Of a stretch of 44,786 bases of DNA, positions 10,453-20,548 are shown one piece after another. How positions within the stretch are numbered: the first letter of the stretch is position 1; each line of letters opens with the position of its first letter. The notes below the pieces were generated by a model. That model saw only the letters and a program-made list of their open reading frames with translations, was not told the origin of the DNA and ran no database searches. A program made the translations under genes and the position numbers. The DNA is from Chitinophagaceae bacterium (lineage in GTDB: Bacteria; Bacteroidota; Bacteroidia; Chitinophagales; Chitinophagaceae). The stretch is taken from positions 1-44,786 of the forward strand of contig JBILMC010000001.1 in the NCBI GenBank assembly GCA_044375755.1. Direction: 5' to 3'.

Positions 10453-11346
10453 TTAATTTTTAGGTCGCTCCAATAATTTGAAGAATTGATCCAATTGTGG
10501 CAACACAACAATACGTGTACGACGGTTGGCAGCACGTCCTTCACGATTTGTGTTATCCGATACAGGTTTATACTCGCCCCTTCCAGCAGCCACCATTTTA
10601 GCAGGATCTAAACCATATTTTGTTTGTAGTAAACGAACCACTGTTGTTGCGCGCAGCACACTTAGATCCCAATTATCGCTGATCACACCACTACCGTTGT
10701 AAGGAACTCCATCCGTGTGACCCTCTACCATAAACTCAAGATCAGGCTGATTTTTTAACACCAATGCTACCTTACCTAAAACTTCGCTAGCGCGTTCTGT
10801 TATCTGATAACTTCCTGTTTTGAATAGAAGCTTATCGGAAATATCTACATAAACAACTCCTTTATCTACTTTGATATTTATGTCTTCATCAGCTAAATTT
10901 CCAATAGCACCCTTTAAGTTCATCACTAATGACATATTAAGAGAATCCTTATAAGCCATTTGCTGTTGGATGTTTTGAATATATAGGTCCTTAATACCTA
11001 GATTTTCCATTGATTTCTTGATACTCTCCGCCTGCTGTGTAGAGATCACAGATAGGTTTTCAAGCTGACGCAATGTTTGATTATTGTTTGTTTTCCAATA
11101 ATCAATTTGATCCTGTAATTCTTTAATGCGTGCATTCAACAAAGCTTTTTCGCGCTCTAGCGTTTCCTTTTGACGAGCAAGGATTCCTTTTTCTTCCCCA
11201 CAAACATTATTTTCAGACTCCAGCGTTTTATAACGATCCTGCAGCTTAGCAATATCAGTCTGTGCTGTTTTAAATTTTTTACTGCTTACACAAGAATAAA
11301 AAAACAAGGGGGCCAATGCAATCAATAACAAGGATCGGAGTTTCAT
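10453..11346 (-). CDS. OmpA/MotB-like peptidoglycan-binding lipoprotein with coiled coil
   Basis: Lipobox FFYSC, heptad-rich region, VEGHTD, NWDLSVLRA, NRRTRI. ATG 11346 preferred because the TTG at 11367 lies inside a -7 element (11365-11372). Confidence 0.85.
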   Translation of the reverse strand: MKLRSLLLIALAPLFFYSCVSSKKFKTAQTDIAKLQDRYKTLESENNVCGEEKGILARQKETLEREKALLNARIKELQDQIDYWKTNNNQTLRQLENLSVISTQQAESIKKSMENLGIKDLYIQNIQQQMAYKDSLNMSLVMNLKGAIGNLADEDINIKVDKGVVYVDISDKLLFKTGSYQITERASEVLGKVALVLKNQPDLEFMVEGHTDGVPYNGSGVISDNWDLSVLRATTVVRLLQTKYGLDPAKMVAAGRGEYKPVSDNTNREGRAANRRTRIVVLPQLDQFFKLLERPKN

Positions 11347-11398
11347 ATTATCAGTTTGTTTGAACAAAGATAAAAAGCAACTCGTAATTTGTACCTAT

Positions 11399-11406
11399 TA
11401 AATTTG
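11399..11406 (+). promoter_or_regulatory. -7 element (TAAATTTG) for the MFS gene
   Basis: Exact TAnnTTTG, 3 nt before ATG 11410. Confidence 0.6.
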
Positions 11407-11409
11407 TGA

Positions 11410-12627
11410 ATGCGCTCCAAAAGACAAGCGGCAGTTGGTTTCATATTTATCACCCTTTTTCTGGATGTAATGGGATGGGGATTAATTATCCCCGTACTTC
11501 CCACTTTAGTGAGCAACCTAACAAGTGTTCCTATTAACCAGGCAAGCTCCTATGGGGCTATCTTGTTATTTGGCTATGCCTTTTCCCAATTTTTATTTGC
11601 GCCGGTACTGGGAAACTTGAGTGATCAATTTGGAAGAAGGCCCATCTTATTGTTATCATTATTTGGATTTTCTATAAACTATTTACTACTAGCCTGGGCA
11701 CCCAGTTTTTTTTGGCTCATAATTGGGAGAATTGTTGCAGGTGTGGCGGGGTCCAGTCTTAGCACAGCAAGCGCATACATAGCGGATGTAAGTAATGAGA
11801 GTACAAGAGCAAAAAATTTTGGAATGATTGGTGCCGCCTTCGGGCTTGGTTTTGTTATTGGACCCGCATTGGGAGGACTAGTTGCAGACTTTGGAGTCCG
11901 AGCCCCTTTTTATACAGCTTCGGTACTTTGTTTACTCAATGCTTTGTATGGCTATTTTATTTTACCCGAATCGTTACCCGTCGAAAACAGAAGAAAGTTC
12001 AGCTGGAAGAGGGCCAACCCCTTTGGTGCATTAAAAATTTTTCTATCACACCCGACGGTTGCCAGATTAGCTATCGTCTATTTTTTAATTTATCTGGGTG
12101 GACAGTCGGTACAGAGTACATGGAGTTATTTCACCATGTATCGATTTGGATGGAGCGAAAAATTGGTAGGTATATCCCTTGCAGTTTCTGGTGTACTGGT
12201 AGGTTTGGTGCAATCTCTACTGGTAAGGGTTGTTAACCCCAGGTTAGGCAACGAAAAAAGTATTTATATTGGCTTATCATTTTACTCATTTGGGCTATTT
12301 GCACTTGCATTTGCGCCAATGGGCTGGATGATGTTTTTATTTCTGATTCCCTATTGTCTTGGTGGGCTGGCAGGCCCCTCTTTACAATCCACGCTAGCCA
12401 GTTTAGTTTCTCCAAATGTGCAAGGAGAATTACAAGGGGCTCTAACCAGTTTGATGAGCCTCACAGCTATCATCGGCCCCCTAATTATGAATAATCTTTT
12501 TGCCTATTTCACTCGCCCCGATTCAACTATTCACTTTCCGGGTATTGCTTTCTTTTTAGGATCATTATCCATGCTAAGCAGTTTGATTATCAGCAGGTTG
12601 ACATTTAGCCATCCAAACGCTCGTTAG
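11410..12627 (+). CDS. TCR/Tet-like (DHA1) MFS drug:H+ antiporter
   Basis: Motif [18 protein letters not shown], motif [13 protein letters not shown], and about 12 hydrophobic segments. Confidence 0.88.
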   Translation: MRSKRQAAVGFIFITLFLDVMGWGLIIPVLPTLVSNLTSVPINQASSYGAILLFGYAFSQFLFAPVLGNLSDQFGRRPILLLSLFGFSINYLLLAWAPSFFWLIIGRIVAGVAGSSLSTASAYIADVSNESTRAKNFGMIGAAFGLGFVIGPALGGLVADFGVRAPFYTASVLCLLNALYGYFILPESLPVENRRKFSWKRANPFGALKIFLSHPTVARLAIVYFLIYLGGQSVQSTWSYFTMYRFGWSEKLVGISLAVSGVLVGLVQSLLVRVVNPRLGNEKSIYIGLSFYSFGLFALAFAPMGWMMFLFLIPYCLGGLAGPSLQSTLASLVSPNVQGELQGALTSLMSLTAIIGPLIMNNLFAYFTRPDSTIHFPGIAFFLGSLSMLSSLIISRLTFSHPNAR

Positions 12628-12686
12628 TTCCGATTTTTCTTGCCAACTTTGCACCTTTCTCTGAAAAATTGCTAAAGCCATATTCT

Positions 12687-14546
12687 ATGACATTATCTCC
12701 TAATTTTTATTCTACCGAAACTGCCAAAGCACGTGCGGAATTAGAAACATGGGTCAATCAAATTGCAAAGCATTGTTCGGCTACCTCCATTCATTGGTGT
12801 GATGGAAGTCAGGAAGAATATGACAACCTCTGTGAGTTACTAGTAAAGAAGGGAACCTTTATTCGATTGAATCCTGAAAAAAGGCCAAACAGCTTTGCTT
12901 GTTTCAGTGATCCTAGTGACGTTGCACGTGTAGAAGACAGAACGTTTATCTGCAGTCTGAGAAAAGAAGATGCGGGTCCAACTAATAATTGGATGGAACC
13001 CGTTGAAATGAAAACGAAGCTAAACGATTTACTTAGGGGTAGCATGAAAGGAAGAACCCTTTATGTAATCCCATTTTGTATGGGTCCAGTCGGCTCTCCC
13101 TATTCAAGGTATGGCGTTCAACTTACCGACTCAGAGTATGCGGTGGTAAATATGCGTATCATGACCCGTATGGGTACAGAGGTGCTACCCTATTTACAAA
13201 AGAAAGGATATGTAAAATGTCTTCACTCGGTGGGAGCACCATTGGATGGTAATAAAAAAGATAGTACCTGGCCTTGCAATCCAGACGTAAAATATATCTC
13301 TCATTTTCCAGAGGAAAGATTAATCATCTCCTATGGTAGCGGGTACGGTGGAAATGCACTGATGGGAAAAAAATGTTTTGCACTTCGTATCGCTTCTGTC
13401 ATGGGAAGAGAAGAAGGCTGGTTAGCTGAGCACATGCTCATACTCGGTGTGGAGTCTCCTGATAAACAAAAAAATTATGTAGCTGCGGCATTTCCCAGTG
13501 CTTGTGGCAAGACCAACTTTGCGATGTTAATTCCGCCTGCTGCATTCGGCGACTGGAAGGTAACCACAGTAGGGGATGACATTGCTTGGATCCACAAAGG
13601 GAAAAAAGGTGGATTGCATGCAATCAATCCGGAAGCCGGTTACTTTGGTGTTGCACCCGGAACCAATAGTCACACCAATCCAAATGCGATGGAAACCATC
13701 AAGGCCAACACCATTTTTACCAATGTGGCCATCACCGCAGATAAAGACGTATGGTGGGAGGGACTGACCAAAGAAATTCCTGCAGGATTAACCGACTGGA
13801 CTGGTAAATCGTATGACCCTTCAAGCGGTAAACCAGCTGCACATCCAAATTCACGTTTTTGTGCACCGGCACATCAAAATCCAGCAATCGATAAAGATTG
13901 GGAAAACCCAGACGGTGTGCCCATTTCTGGTTTCATATTTGGAGGACGCAGAAGTACAGGCGTTCCACTCGTATATCAAAGTTTCAATTGGAATTTTGGT
14001 GTTTATCTCGCCACAACCATGGGCAGCGAAATGACGGCAGCTGCATTTGGAGAATTAGGGAAAGTGCGTCGCGATCCTTTTGCGATGTTACCTTTTATGG
14101 GTTATCACATTGGCGACTATGTAAATCACTGGTTACAATTTGGACGTGATCTGCCGAATGCTCCTCGCATTTTCAGTGTCAACTGGTTTAGAAAAGATGA
14201 AAATGGACAATTCTTGTGGCCGGGTTATGGAGAGAATATGCGTGTCTTAAAATGGATTGTCGGAAGAATTCGCGGACAAGCCAGTGCAGTTGAAAGTCCA
14301 GTTGGATGGAGACCTCGTTATAGTGACATGGACTGGAGAGGAATGGAAAACTTTACTAAGGAAGACTTCGATAAAGTAATGATCATCGATCGCGAAGAGG
14401 GAAAAAAAGAATTATTGGGACACGAAGAATTGTTTGAAAAAGTATACGACAAACTCCCCAAAGAATTTTTCTTTATGCGCGAGCTATTACTATCCGCACT
14501 GTGGCGTTCCCCGGAAAAATGGGGACAACAACCTGAGAGGGATTAG
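12687..14546 (+). CDS. pckG: Phosphoenolpyruvate carboxykinase (GTP)
   Basis: [85 protein letters not shown]. Start is ATG 12687 or TTG 12669. Confidence 0.95.
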   Translation: MTLSPNFYSTETAKARAELETWVNQIAKHCSATSIHWCDGSQEEYDNLCELLVKKGTFIRLNPEKRPNSFACFSDPSDVARVEDRTFICSLRKEDAGPTNNWMEPVEMKTKLNDLLRGSMKGRTLYVIPFCMGPVGSPYSRYGVQLTDSEYAVVNMRIMTRMGTEVLPYLQKKGYVKCLHSVGAPLDGNKKDSTWPCNPDVKYISHFPEERLIISYGSGYGGNALMGKKCFALRIASVMGREEGWLAEHMLILGVESPDKQKNYVAAAFPSACGKTNFAMLIPPAAFGDWKVTTVGDDIAWIHKGKKGGLHAINPEAGYFGVAPGTNSHTNPNAMETIKANTIFTNVAITADKDVWWEGLTKEIPAGLTDWTGKSYDPSSGKPAAHPNSRFCAPAHQNPAIDKDWENPDGVPISGFIFGGRRSTGVPLVYQSFNWNFGVYLATTMGSEMTAAAFGELGKVRRDPFAMLPFMGYHIGDYVNHWLQFGRDLPNAPRIFSVNWFRKDENGQFLWPGYGENMRVLKWIVGRIRGQASAVESPVGWRPRYSDMDWRGMENFTKEDFDKVMIIDREEGKKELLGHEELFEKVYDKLPKEFFFMRELLLSALWRSPEKWGQQPERD

Positions 14547-14611
14547 TTTATTTCATGACATACAAGGAGTTAGTAGTTTCCGGTCTTCGTAAACAAAGCA
14601 TCTCCATACTT

Positions 14612-14630
14612 GTTATTTTTGCAGAATAAC
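14612..14630 (+). promoter_or_regulatory. -7 element TATTTTTG (14614-14621) embedded in GTTATT-N7-AATAAC inverted repeat
   Basis: Read from sequence; lies upstream of the nfu ATG at 14641. Confidence 0.55.
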
Positions 14631-14640
14631 TAATGGACCT

Positions 14641-15237
14641 ATGATCAAGACTGGCAACCCTATTGTAAGCATCTACACGGAGATGACCCCAAACCCAGAA
14701 ACCATGAAGTTTGTGGCCAACAAATTATTATACCCTGGTAAAAGTGTGGATTTTCCGGATGTAGCGAGCGCGGGTCCATCACCACTCGCTACAGAATTGT
14801 TTGGATTTCCTTTTATAAAGGCTGTTTTTATTGCGAGCAATTTTGTTACGCTCACCAAAACACAGGAAACAGATTGGAATGATGTTATTCCATCTGTGCG
14901 CCAGTTTTTAAAAGATTACCTGGAAGAGGGTAAGCCTGTGGTGAATGAAGAAGAACTAGCAGCACAAAAGCAAACCGTAACCAATGAAGTTGCAGCTGAT
15001 GACGACGATGTTGTAAAGAGAATTAAAGAATTACTAGATAATTATGTTCGCCCAGCTGTTGAAATGGATGGAGGGGCCATTCAATTTAAAAGTTACGAAG
15101 CAGGTACAGTTAGCTTAGCCATGCAAGGAAGTTGCAGTGGTTGTCCTTCTTCAATGATCACCCTTAAAGCCGGAATCGAAGGCATGATGAAAAGAATGAT
15201 TCCGGAAGTGAAAGAAGTGATCGCAGAATCAGAATGA
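14641..15237 (+). CDS. Nfu/NifU-family Fe-S cluster carrier (Nfu N-terminal + NifU C-terminal domains)
   Basis: TPNPETMKF N-terminal domain; VRPAVEMDGG and GSCSGCPSS (CxxC). Confidence 0.92.
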   Translation: MIKTGNPIVSIYTEMTPNPETMKFVANKLLYPGKSVDFPDVASAGPSPLATELFGFPFIKAVFIASNFVTLTKTQETDWNDVIPSVRQFLKDYLEEGKPVVNEEELAAQKQTVTNEVAADDDDVVKRIKELLDNYVRPAVEMDGGAIQFKSYEAGTVSLAMQGSCSGCPSSMITLKAGIEGMMKRMIPEVKEVIAESE

Positions 15238-15860
15238 ATAGCGCAATCTTAGAGTTTTTCTATCAATCCATCCAAAATACATCCTGGGTAGAATGGATTG
15301 CTGTTATTGCAGGCATAGCAAGTGTATGGTTTAGTAAAAGAGAAAGTATCTGGGTATATCCGGTAGGCCTTATCAACACAATTATTTATACCTGGATTAG
15401 TTTTAAATATCATTTACCTGGAGAAGGAGCCGTAAACTTTTATTACACTGCTATGAGTTTATATGGATGGTATAATTGGAACAGAACGGATGAAATGAAA
15501 ACAAAGATTATACATATCACGACCAGCATTCGTAAAGAATGGATCGAACAACTTCTTTTTTTCATTGTTTGTTATTTCATACTATTTATATCGTTAACGC
15601 AATTGAAAGATTTATTTTTTAAAGATGCCATTCCTTGGGCAGATGCACTCGCCTCGGCGGCTGCCTTTACCGGAATGTGGTTGATGACTAAAAAGAAAGT
15701 TGAAAGTTGGTACTGGTGGATACTCACTAATATTGCATCCTTTCCTCTTTATTTTGTGAAAGGATTACCCTTAACTTCCGCCTATTATTTTGTTTTGCTG
15801 CTCATTGCCTTTGGAGGGCTACGCAGCTGGAATCAAAAAGCTATTACGACCCATGCTTAA
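15234..15860 (+). CDS. pnuC: PnuC-family nicotinamide riboside transporter
   Basis: IWVYPVGL, YGWYNW, DALAS, KKVESWYWWILTN (WxxWxxxN motif); ATGA overlap with nfu. Confidence 0.88.
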   Translation: MNSAILEFFYQSIQNTSWVEWIAVIAGIASVWFSKRESIWVYPVGLINTIIYTWISFKYHLPGEGAVNFYYTAMSLYGWYNWNRTDEMKTKIIHITTSIRKEWIEQLLFFIVCYFILFISLTQLKDLFFKDAIPWADALASAAAFTGMWLMTKKKVESWYWWILTNIASFPLYFVKGLPLTSAYYFVLLLIAFGGLRSWNQKAITTHA

Positions 15861-16434
15861 AAAAATTGTAGTTATAGGACCCGAGAGTACCGGCAAAAGC
15901 ACGTTATGTCGTCAATTAGCAGAACACTTTGAAACGGTTTGGTGTCCTGAGTATGCTCGCGAATATTTATTGACAAACGGGAAAGATTATAGTTACACAG
16001 ATTTACTGGCCATTGCCAAAGGGCAAATTACCGGTGAAGAAAATTGGGCAGAATTATTAGAAAAAAGAGCAGCTCCACTTTTAGAACAAGACTATGATAT
16101 TCCCTACTTCATCGACACCAATATGGTTGTGATGAAAGTTTGGGCAGAATTCGTATTTAATAAATGTCATCCATATATAGAAGAACAATTAGCGAAAAGA
16201 AAATATGACCACTATTTGCTTTGTCAGCCAGATTTAGAATGGGAGAAAGACGAATTGAGAGAATATCCAGATCTGGAAACCAGAGAGCGATTATTTTTTA
16301 TCTATAAAAATTACCTGGAGCAACAATCGATTCCTTGGACCTTGATCAAAGGGAAAAATGAAGATCGAATACATAGTGCAATTCGTACAGTTAATAAAAT
16401 TCTAGAATCATCATTTGCTATCGATTCTCAATAA
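15853..16434 (+). CDS. NadR-type ribosylnicotinamide kinase domain (AAA_28)
   Basis: KIVVIGPESTGKST, PEYAREY, FIDT, WEKDELRE; ATG 15853 overlaps the pnuC end. Confidence 0.82.
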   Translation: MLKKIVVIGPESTGKSTLCRQLAEHFETVWCPEYAREYLLTNGKDYSYTDLLAIAKGQITGEENWAELLEKRAAPLLEQDYDIPYFIDTNMVVMKVWAEFVFNKCHPYIEEQLAKRKYDHYLLCQPDLEWEKDELREYPDLETRERLFFIYKNYLEQQSIPWTLIKGKNEDRIHSAIRTVNKILESSFAIDSQ

Positions 16435-17125
16435 GCTTTCGAATAGCAGGATCAGACTGCAGATTCATCATTTGACGTTGTATCATGCTAGCCCGAGATT
16501 GCATATAACGAGATCCTGATTTTACTTTGTAACGAATGGGATTTGGAAGACAAGCGGCTATCAATGCCGATTCACGACGACTTAAGTTTCTTGCCGATTT
16601 ATTAAAATAAAACTGCGCAGCGGCCTCTGCTCCAAATACACCTTTTCCCATTTCAATCACATTTAGATACACTTCCAAGATTCTTTTTTTGCCCCATATA
16701 ATCTCGATCATAAAAGTGAAGTACACTTCTAGTCCCTTGCGAATCCAACTTCTTCCCTGCCATAAAAAAACATTTTTTGCAGTTTGCTGACTGATCGTGC
16801 TACCGCCTCTTAACTTAGTTGGCTTACGCTTATTATAGGCCATCGCCTCCTTAATTCGCTTCCAATCAAAACCTAAGTGCTCAGGAAATAATTGATCTTC
16901 GGATGCAATTACTGCCAATCGTAAATAAGGAGAGACTTGATCTGCTCTAACATAATCGCGTCGAAATCCATCACCTGTTGCCCAATTAACAAGCTGTGTC
17001 ATCGTAATAGGAGGATCGACCCATCGTAACAGAATTATATAAGCAAATTGAAAAATAAAAAGATAAAGTAACACTCGTTTCAAGCGACTCCAAATTCTTG
17101 CTATGATTGAAACGTTACTTGTCAA
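16418..17125 (-). CDS. mtgA: Monofunctional peptidoglycan transglycosylase
   Basis: GT51 motifs ASEDQLFPEHLGFD, RGGSTISQQTAKN, RKGLE, YLNVIEMG, LPNP; N-terminal TM segment. TTG start at 17125 inferred from TTGA overlap with the GH3 stop. Confidence 0.9.
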   Translation of the reverse strand: MTSNVSIIARIWSRLKRVLLYLFIFQFAYIILLRWVDPPITMTQLVNWATGDGFRRDYVRADQVSPYLRLAVIASEDQLFPEHLGFDWKRIKEAMAYNKRKPTKLRGGSTISQQTAKNVFLWQGRSWIRKGLEVYFTFMIEIIWGKKRILEVYLNVIEMGKGVFGAEAAAQFYFNKSARNLSRRESALIAACLPNPIRYKVKSGSRYMQSRASMIQRQMMNLQSDPAIRKLIENR

Positions 17126-18654
17126 AGTTGACCTGTTTGTAAAAATTTTTCCCAATCAGCAAGCATTGTTCCTTTCATTACACGAGGAAATTTATGTTGA
17201 CTGCCTAACTTCCCTTTTAATTCCATAAACCGGAGAAACTGTTGCTCGGGAAGAACGGTAAGAAAAACTTCTTTCAATGCACTATCTCTTTCCGTTGCAT
17301 AGTCGTCATTCAAATTGCGTAAATGAACGTCAATTCGTTGGCGCAACGCTTCTGCATCCACTTTATCATCCGTAGCAATATACCAGCGATGCGCAAAAAA
17401 GTTTTGATAGGGAAATCCAACCACCGTATACTCTGGAATGCTGATATTAAATTCATTACTGACCAATTCAATCGCCTTGTTCATATTGTCAACACTCAAA
17501 TGTTCACCTGTCAAACTTAAAAAATGTTTGATGCGCCCTGTTATCACCACTTCGGCTTTTTCGATATCTGTAAATCGGATGGTATCACCAATCAAATAAC
17601 GCCAGGTACCTGCATTGGTACTCATTAACAAAGCATACTCTTTACCCTCTTCTACTTCATGAATCATTTTTGTATCGGCACCAGGTAGTGGATTACCGTC
17701 TGCATCAAAATTGGTTTCGTCAAAAGGAATGAACTCAAAGAAAATATTATTATTCAGAATCAATTGCATACCCGCTGCATGCTCTCTGGTTTTATAGCCA
17801 ATAAACCCTTCACTTGATAAATAATTTTCAACATAAACGATGGGCTTGCCCAATAATTTTTCGAACCCCTTTTTATAGGGCTCAAAGGCAACACCGCCGT
17901 GTACAAAAAAGCTCAAATTGGGCCATATCTCATGAATGTGATTCAGCTTGTAGCGTTCAATCACCATTTCCATCAACATTTGACACCAGGCAGGAACTCC
18001 TACCAAATAACCGATATCCCAATTGGGTGCTTGCTCAACTATCTCTTGTAATTTTTGATTCCAATCACTGATGGCTGCAATTCGGCCACCAGGTTTATAA
18101 AACGTTTGAAACCAAAACGGTCGTCTCTTTGCCAAGATGCCACTCAAGTCGCCTGCATACCAACCTGCTTTTCCTTTTTTTAAATCAGTAGCACCCCCTA
18201 ACATCAAAAACCCTTTTGTCATGGCCCGCATCGTTGCTTCCTCATAGCGTACCAAACTGAGTAATTGACGCAAATAGTTGATCATATTGCTTCGCAATAG
18301 ATCATTAGTAACCGGGATATACTTACTTGCTGCTTCTGAGGTTCCTGAACTTAATGCGTAATACTTGATCTTACCGGGCCATGTTACATCGGGCGTTCCA
18401 TCTAAGGTTTGCTTCCACCATTCATTATAAATTTTGTTGTAATCATGAATGGGAACTAATTCTTGGAATTTTTTACCTGGATGCTTGCTAAGCAAAGCCT
18501 GGTCAAAATGATATTGCTGCCCAAAAGAAGTAAAGCGTGCTTTTTTTAATAGCTTTTTTAATACACGAAGCTGTTGTCGACGATTATCATTTATAGGAAT
18601 CTGGAGAATAGAAGCCAGTGCCTTCGGAATCTTTATTTCAATGATGGACGCCAT
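17122..18654 (-). CDS. GH3-family acyl-adenylate/amido ligase (GH3 auxin-responsive family)
   Basis: ALSSGTSEAASKYIP, GDLSGIL, GVPAW, HGGV, YLSSEGF, RYLIGD, ITGRIK, QHKFPR. Confidence 0.88.
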   Translation of the reverse strand: MASIIEIKIPKALASILQIPINDNRRQQLRVLKKLLKKARFTSFGQQYHFDQALLSKHPGKKFQELVPIHDYNKIYNEWWKQTLDGTPDVTWPGKIKYYALSSGTSEAASKYIPVTNDLLRSNMINYLRQLLSLVRYEEATMRAMTKGFLMLGGATDLKKGKAGWYAGDLSGILAKRRPFWFQTFYKPGGRIAAISDWNQKLQEIVEQAPNWDIGYLVGVPAWCQMLMEMVIERYKLNHIHEIWPNLSFFVHGGVAFEPYKKGFEKLLGKPIVYVENYLSSEGFIGYKTREHAAGMQLILNNNIFFEFIPFDETNFDADGNPLPGADTKMIHEVEEGKEYALLMSTNAGTWRYLIGDTIRFTDIEKAEVVITGRIKHFLSLTGEHLSVDNMNKAIELVSNEFNISIPEYTVVGFPYQNFFAHRWYIATDDKVDAEALRQRIDVHLRNLNDDYATERDSALKEVFLTVLPEQQFLRFMELKGKLGSQHKFPRVMKGTMLADWEKFLQTGQL

Positions 18655-18716
18655 TGCACGGATTCAATTGTTTTGCGAATATACGCAATTGACCGAGGGA
18701 GAACCTATCTTCGCAC

Positions 18717-19496
18717 ATGCTTCGTTCAACACTAGTAGAGGCCACGCAAGCTGGCGCAGCCGAAATCATGCGCTTTTTTCAACAGTCGTTTACCGTTTCA
18801 AATAAGGAAGGTGTCAATAACCTAGTGACTGAAGCTGATCACGCATCGGAAAAAGCAATTTTATCAGTAATTAAACGTGACTATCCTGATCACCAGATTT
18901 TGGCAGAAGAGAGCGGTGCGCTTTCCCAAAATTCTGAATTCAAATGGGTGATTGATCCTATTGACGGAACTGTCAATTTTGCACAAGGTATTCCTTTAAA
19001 CTGTGTTTCCATAGGTGTCGAACATAACGGAGACATTGTAATGGCCGCCGTCTATAATCCGCATCTCAATGAATTTTTCTTTGCAGAAAAAGGTAAGGGC
19101 GCAACACTCAATGATAAACCGATACGTGTTAGTCAAAAATCCGTAACACTTCACTCCTGTTTAGTAACAGGGTTCCCCTATACCTATATCAACGAACCCA
19201 ATGGACCGCTAGAAGTATTTGAACGATTTGTTCGCAAGGGTGTACCAGTACGTCGATTAGGATCCGCTGCTATTGACCTCTGCTGGGTTGCCTGCGGTAG
19301 ATTTGATGGTTTCTTTGAACAAAAACTAGAACCCTGGGACAGTGCAGCAGGATTTTTAATTGTTGAAGAAGCAGGTGGGCGGGTAACTGACTTTAAAGGA
19401 GATTCTTTTTCGATTTATCAACATAAAGTATTAGCAACAAATGGTCTTATTCATGCTGAAATATTGGATGTGATCAATGCTCGTAAAGAATTATAA
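18717..19496 (+). CDS. suhB: Inositol monophosphatase family protein SuhB
   Basis: VTEAD, AEES, WVIDPIDGTVNF, RRLGSAA, WDSAAG. Confidence 0.9.
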   Translation: MLRSTLVEATQAGAAEIMRFFQQSFTVSNKEGVNNLVTEADHASEKAILSVIKRDYPDHQILAEESGALSQNSEFKWVIDPIDGTVNFAQGIPLNCVSIGVEHNGDIVMAAVYNPHLNEFFFAEKGKGATLNDKPIRVSQKSVTLHSCLVTGFPYTYINEPNGPLEVFERFVRKGVPVRRLGSAAIDLCWVACGRFDGFFEQKLEPWDSAAGFLIVEEAGGRVTDFKGDSFSIYQHKVLATNGLIHAEILDVINARKEL

Positions 19497-19508
19497 TTTA
19501 TATAGCAC

Positions 19509-20540
19509 ATGGCAAACGAACGTACTGAGATAAACACACTGGGTGAATTTGGATTGATTGAACACCTGACAAAAAATATTGAACTGCAAAATGCATCCTC
19601 AATTTTAGGCGTTGGCGATGACGCAGCAGTGATTGATCATTTTGGAAAGCAAACAGTTGTCACAACAGATCTACTGGTAGAAGGTGTTCATTTTGATTTA
19701 ATGTATACGCCGCTAAAGCACTTGGGGTATAAATCTGTTGTGGTTAACCTGAGTGACATTTATGCAATGAATGCTACACCGACACAAATTGTAATAAGTA
19801 TTGCCATCAGCAGTCGATTTAGCGTGGAAGCGGTTGATGAACTCTACGAAGGAATTTATGCCGCTTGCGAAAAATATGGAGTGGACTTAGTAGGTGGAGA
19901 TACTACTTCTTCTCAAAAAGGATTAATCATTTCAATTACTGCTATAGGCGAAGTAACCCCCGATAAATTTATAAAAAGAAGTACGGCACAAAAAGGAGAT
20001 TTAGTTTGTGTGAGTGGAGATTTAGGTGGGGCCTATGTTGGATTATTATTTTTAGAAAGAGAAAAAAAGATTTTTCTAGAAAGCCCGGGTGTACAACCAG
20101 ATCTCGAAGGAGAAGCTTATGTAGTTGGACGGTTATTGAAGCCTGAAGCGCGGAAAGACATTGTAGAATTTTTTGAAAAAGAAACTATTACGCCTACCTC
20201 TATGATGGATATCAGCGATGGATTAAGTTCTGAGCTTTTACATATATGCAAACAAAGTCAATTGGGATGTGTGTTGTATGAAGACAAACTACCCATAGCA
20301 GATGCAACCCGTCAAGCTGCTTTCAAATTTGAATTAGATCCTACTGCTTGTGCGTTGAGCGGTGGTGAAGACTATGAACTACTCTTTACTATTCCTCAAG
20401 CTGATTATGATAAACTAGTATTAAATGAGCAAATCAGTGTGGTAGGTTATATGACCGAGGCAGAACAAGGTGCACATATCATAACGAAAGGTGGAAGCAA
20501 GCATGCAATCACTGCACAAGGATGGAATCATTTAAAATAA
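19509..20540 (+). CDS. thiL: Thiamine-phosphate kinase
   Basis: GEFGLI, GVGDDAA, VEGVHF, NLSDIYAM, GGDT, MDISDGL, GGEDYELLFT, GWNH. Confidence 0.95.
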   Translation: MANERTEINTLGEFGLIEHLTKNIELQNASSILGVGDDAAVIDHFGKQTVVTTDLLVEGVHFDLMYTPLKHLGYKSVVVNLSDIYAMNATPTQIVISIAISSRFSVEAVDELYEGIYAACEKYGVDLVGGDTTSSQKGLIISITAIGEVTPDKFIKRSTAQKGDLVCVSGDLGGAYVGLLFLEREKKIFLESPGVQPDLEGEAYVVGRLLKPEARKDIVEFFEKETITPTSMMDISDGLSSELLHICKQSQLGCVLYEDKLPIADATRQAAFKFELDPTACALSGGEDYELLFTIPQADYDKLVLNEQISVVGYMTEAEQGAHIITKGGSKHAITAQGWNHLK

Positions 20541-20548
20541 GAATCCAA

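Noticed and set aside
11410-12627. Acquired tetracycline resistance gene
   Set aside because: No tetR, IS or integrase nearby; it has a native-type promoter and generic DHA1 motifs only.
14547-19508. TPP or other riboswitch upstream of pnuC or thiL
   Set aside because: pnuC overlaps nfu and thiL is 12 nt from suhB; there is no room and no riboswitch signature.
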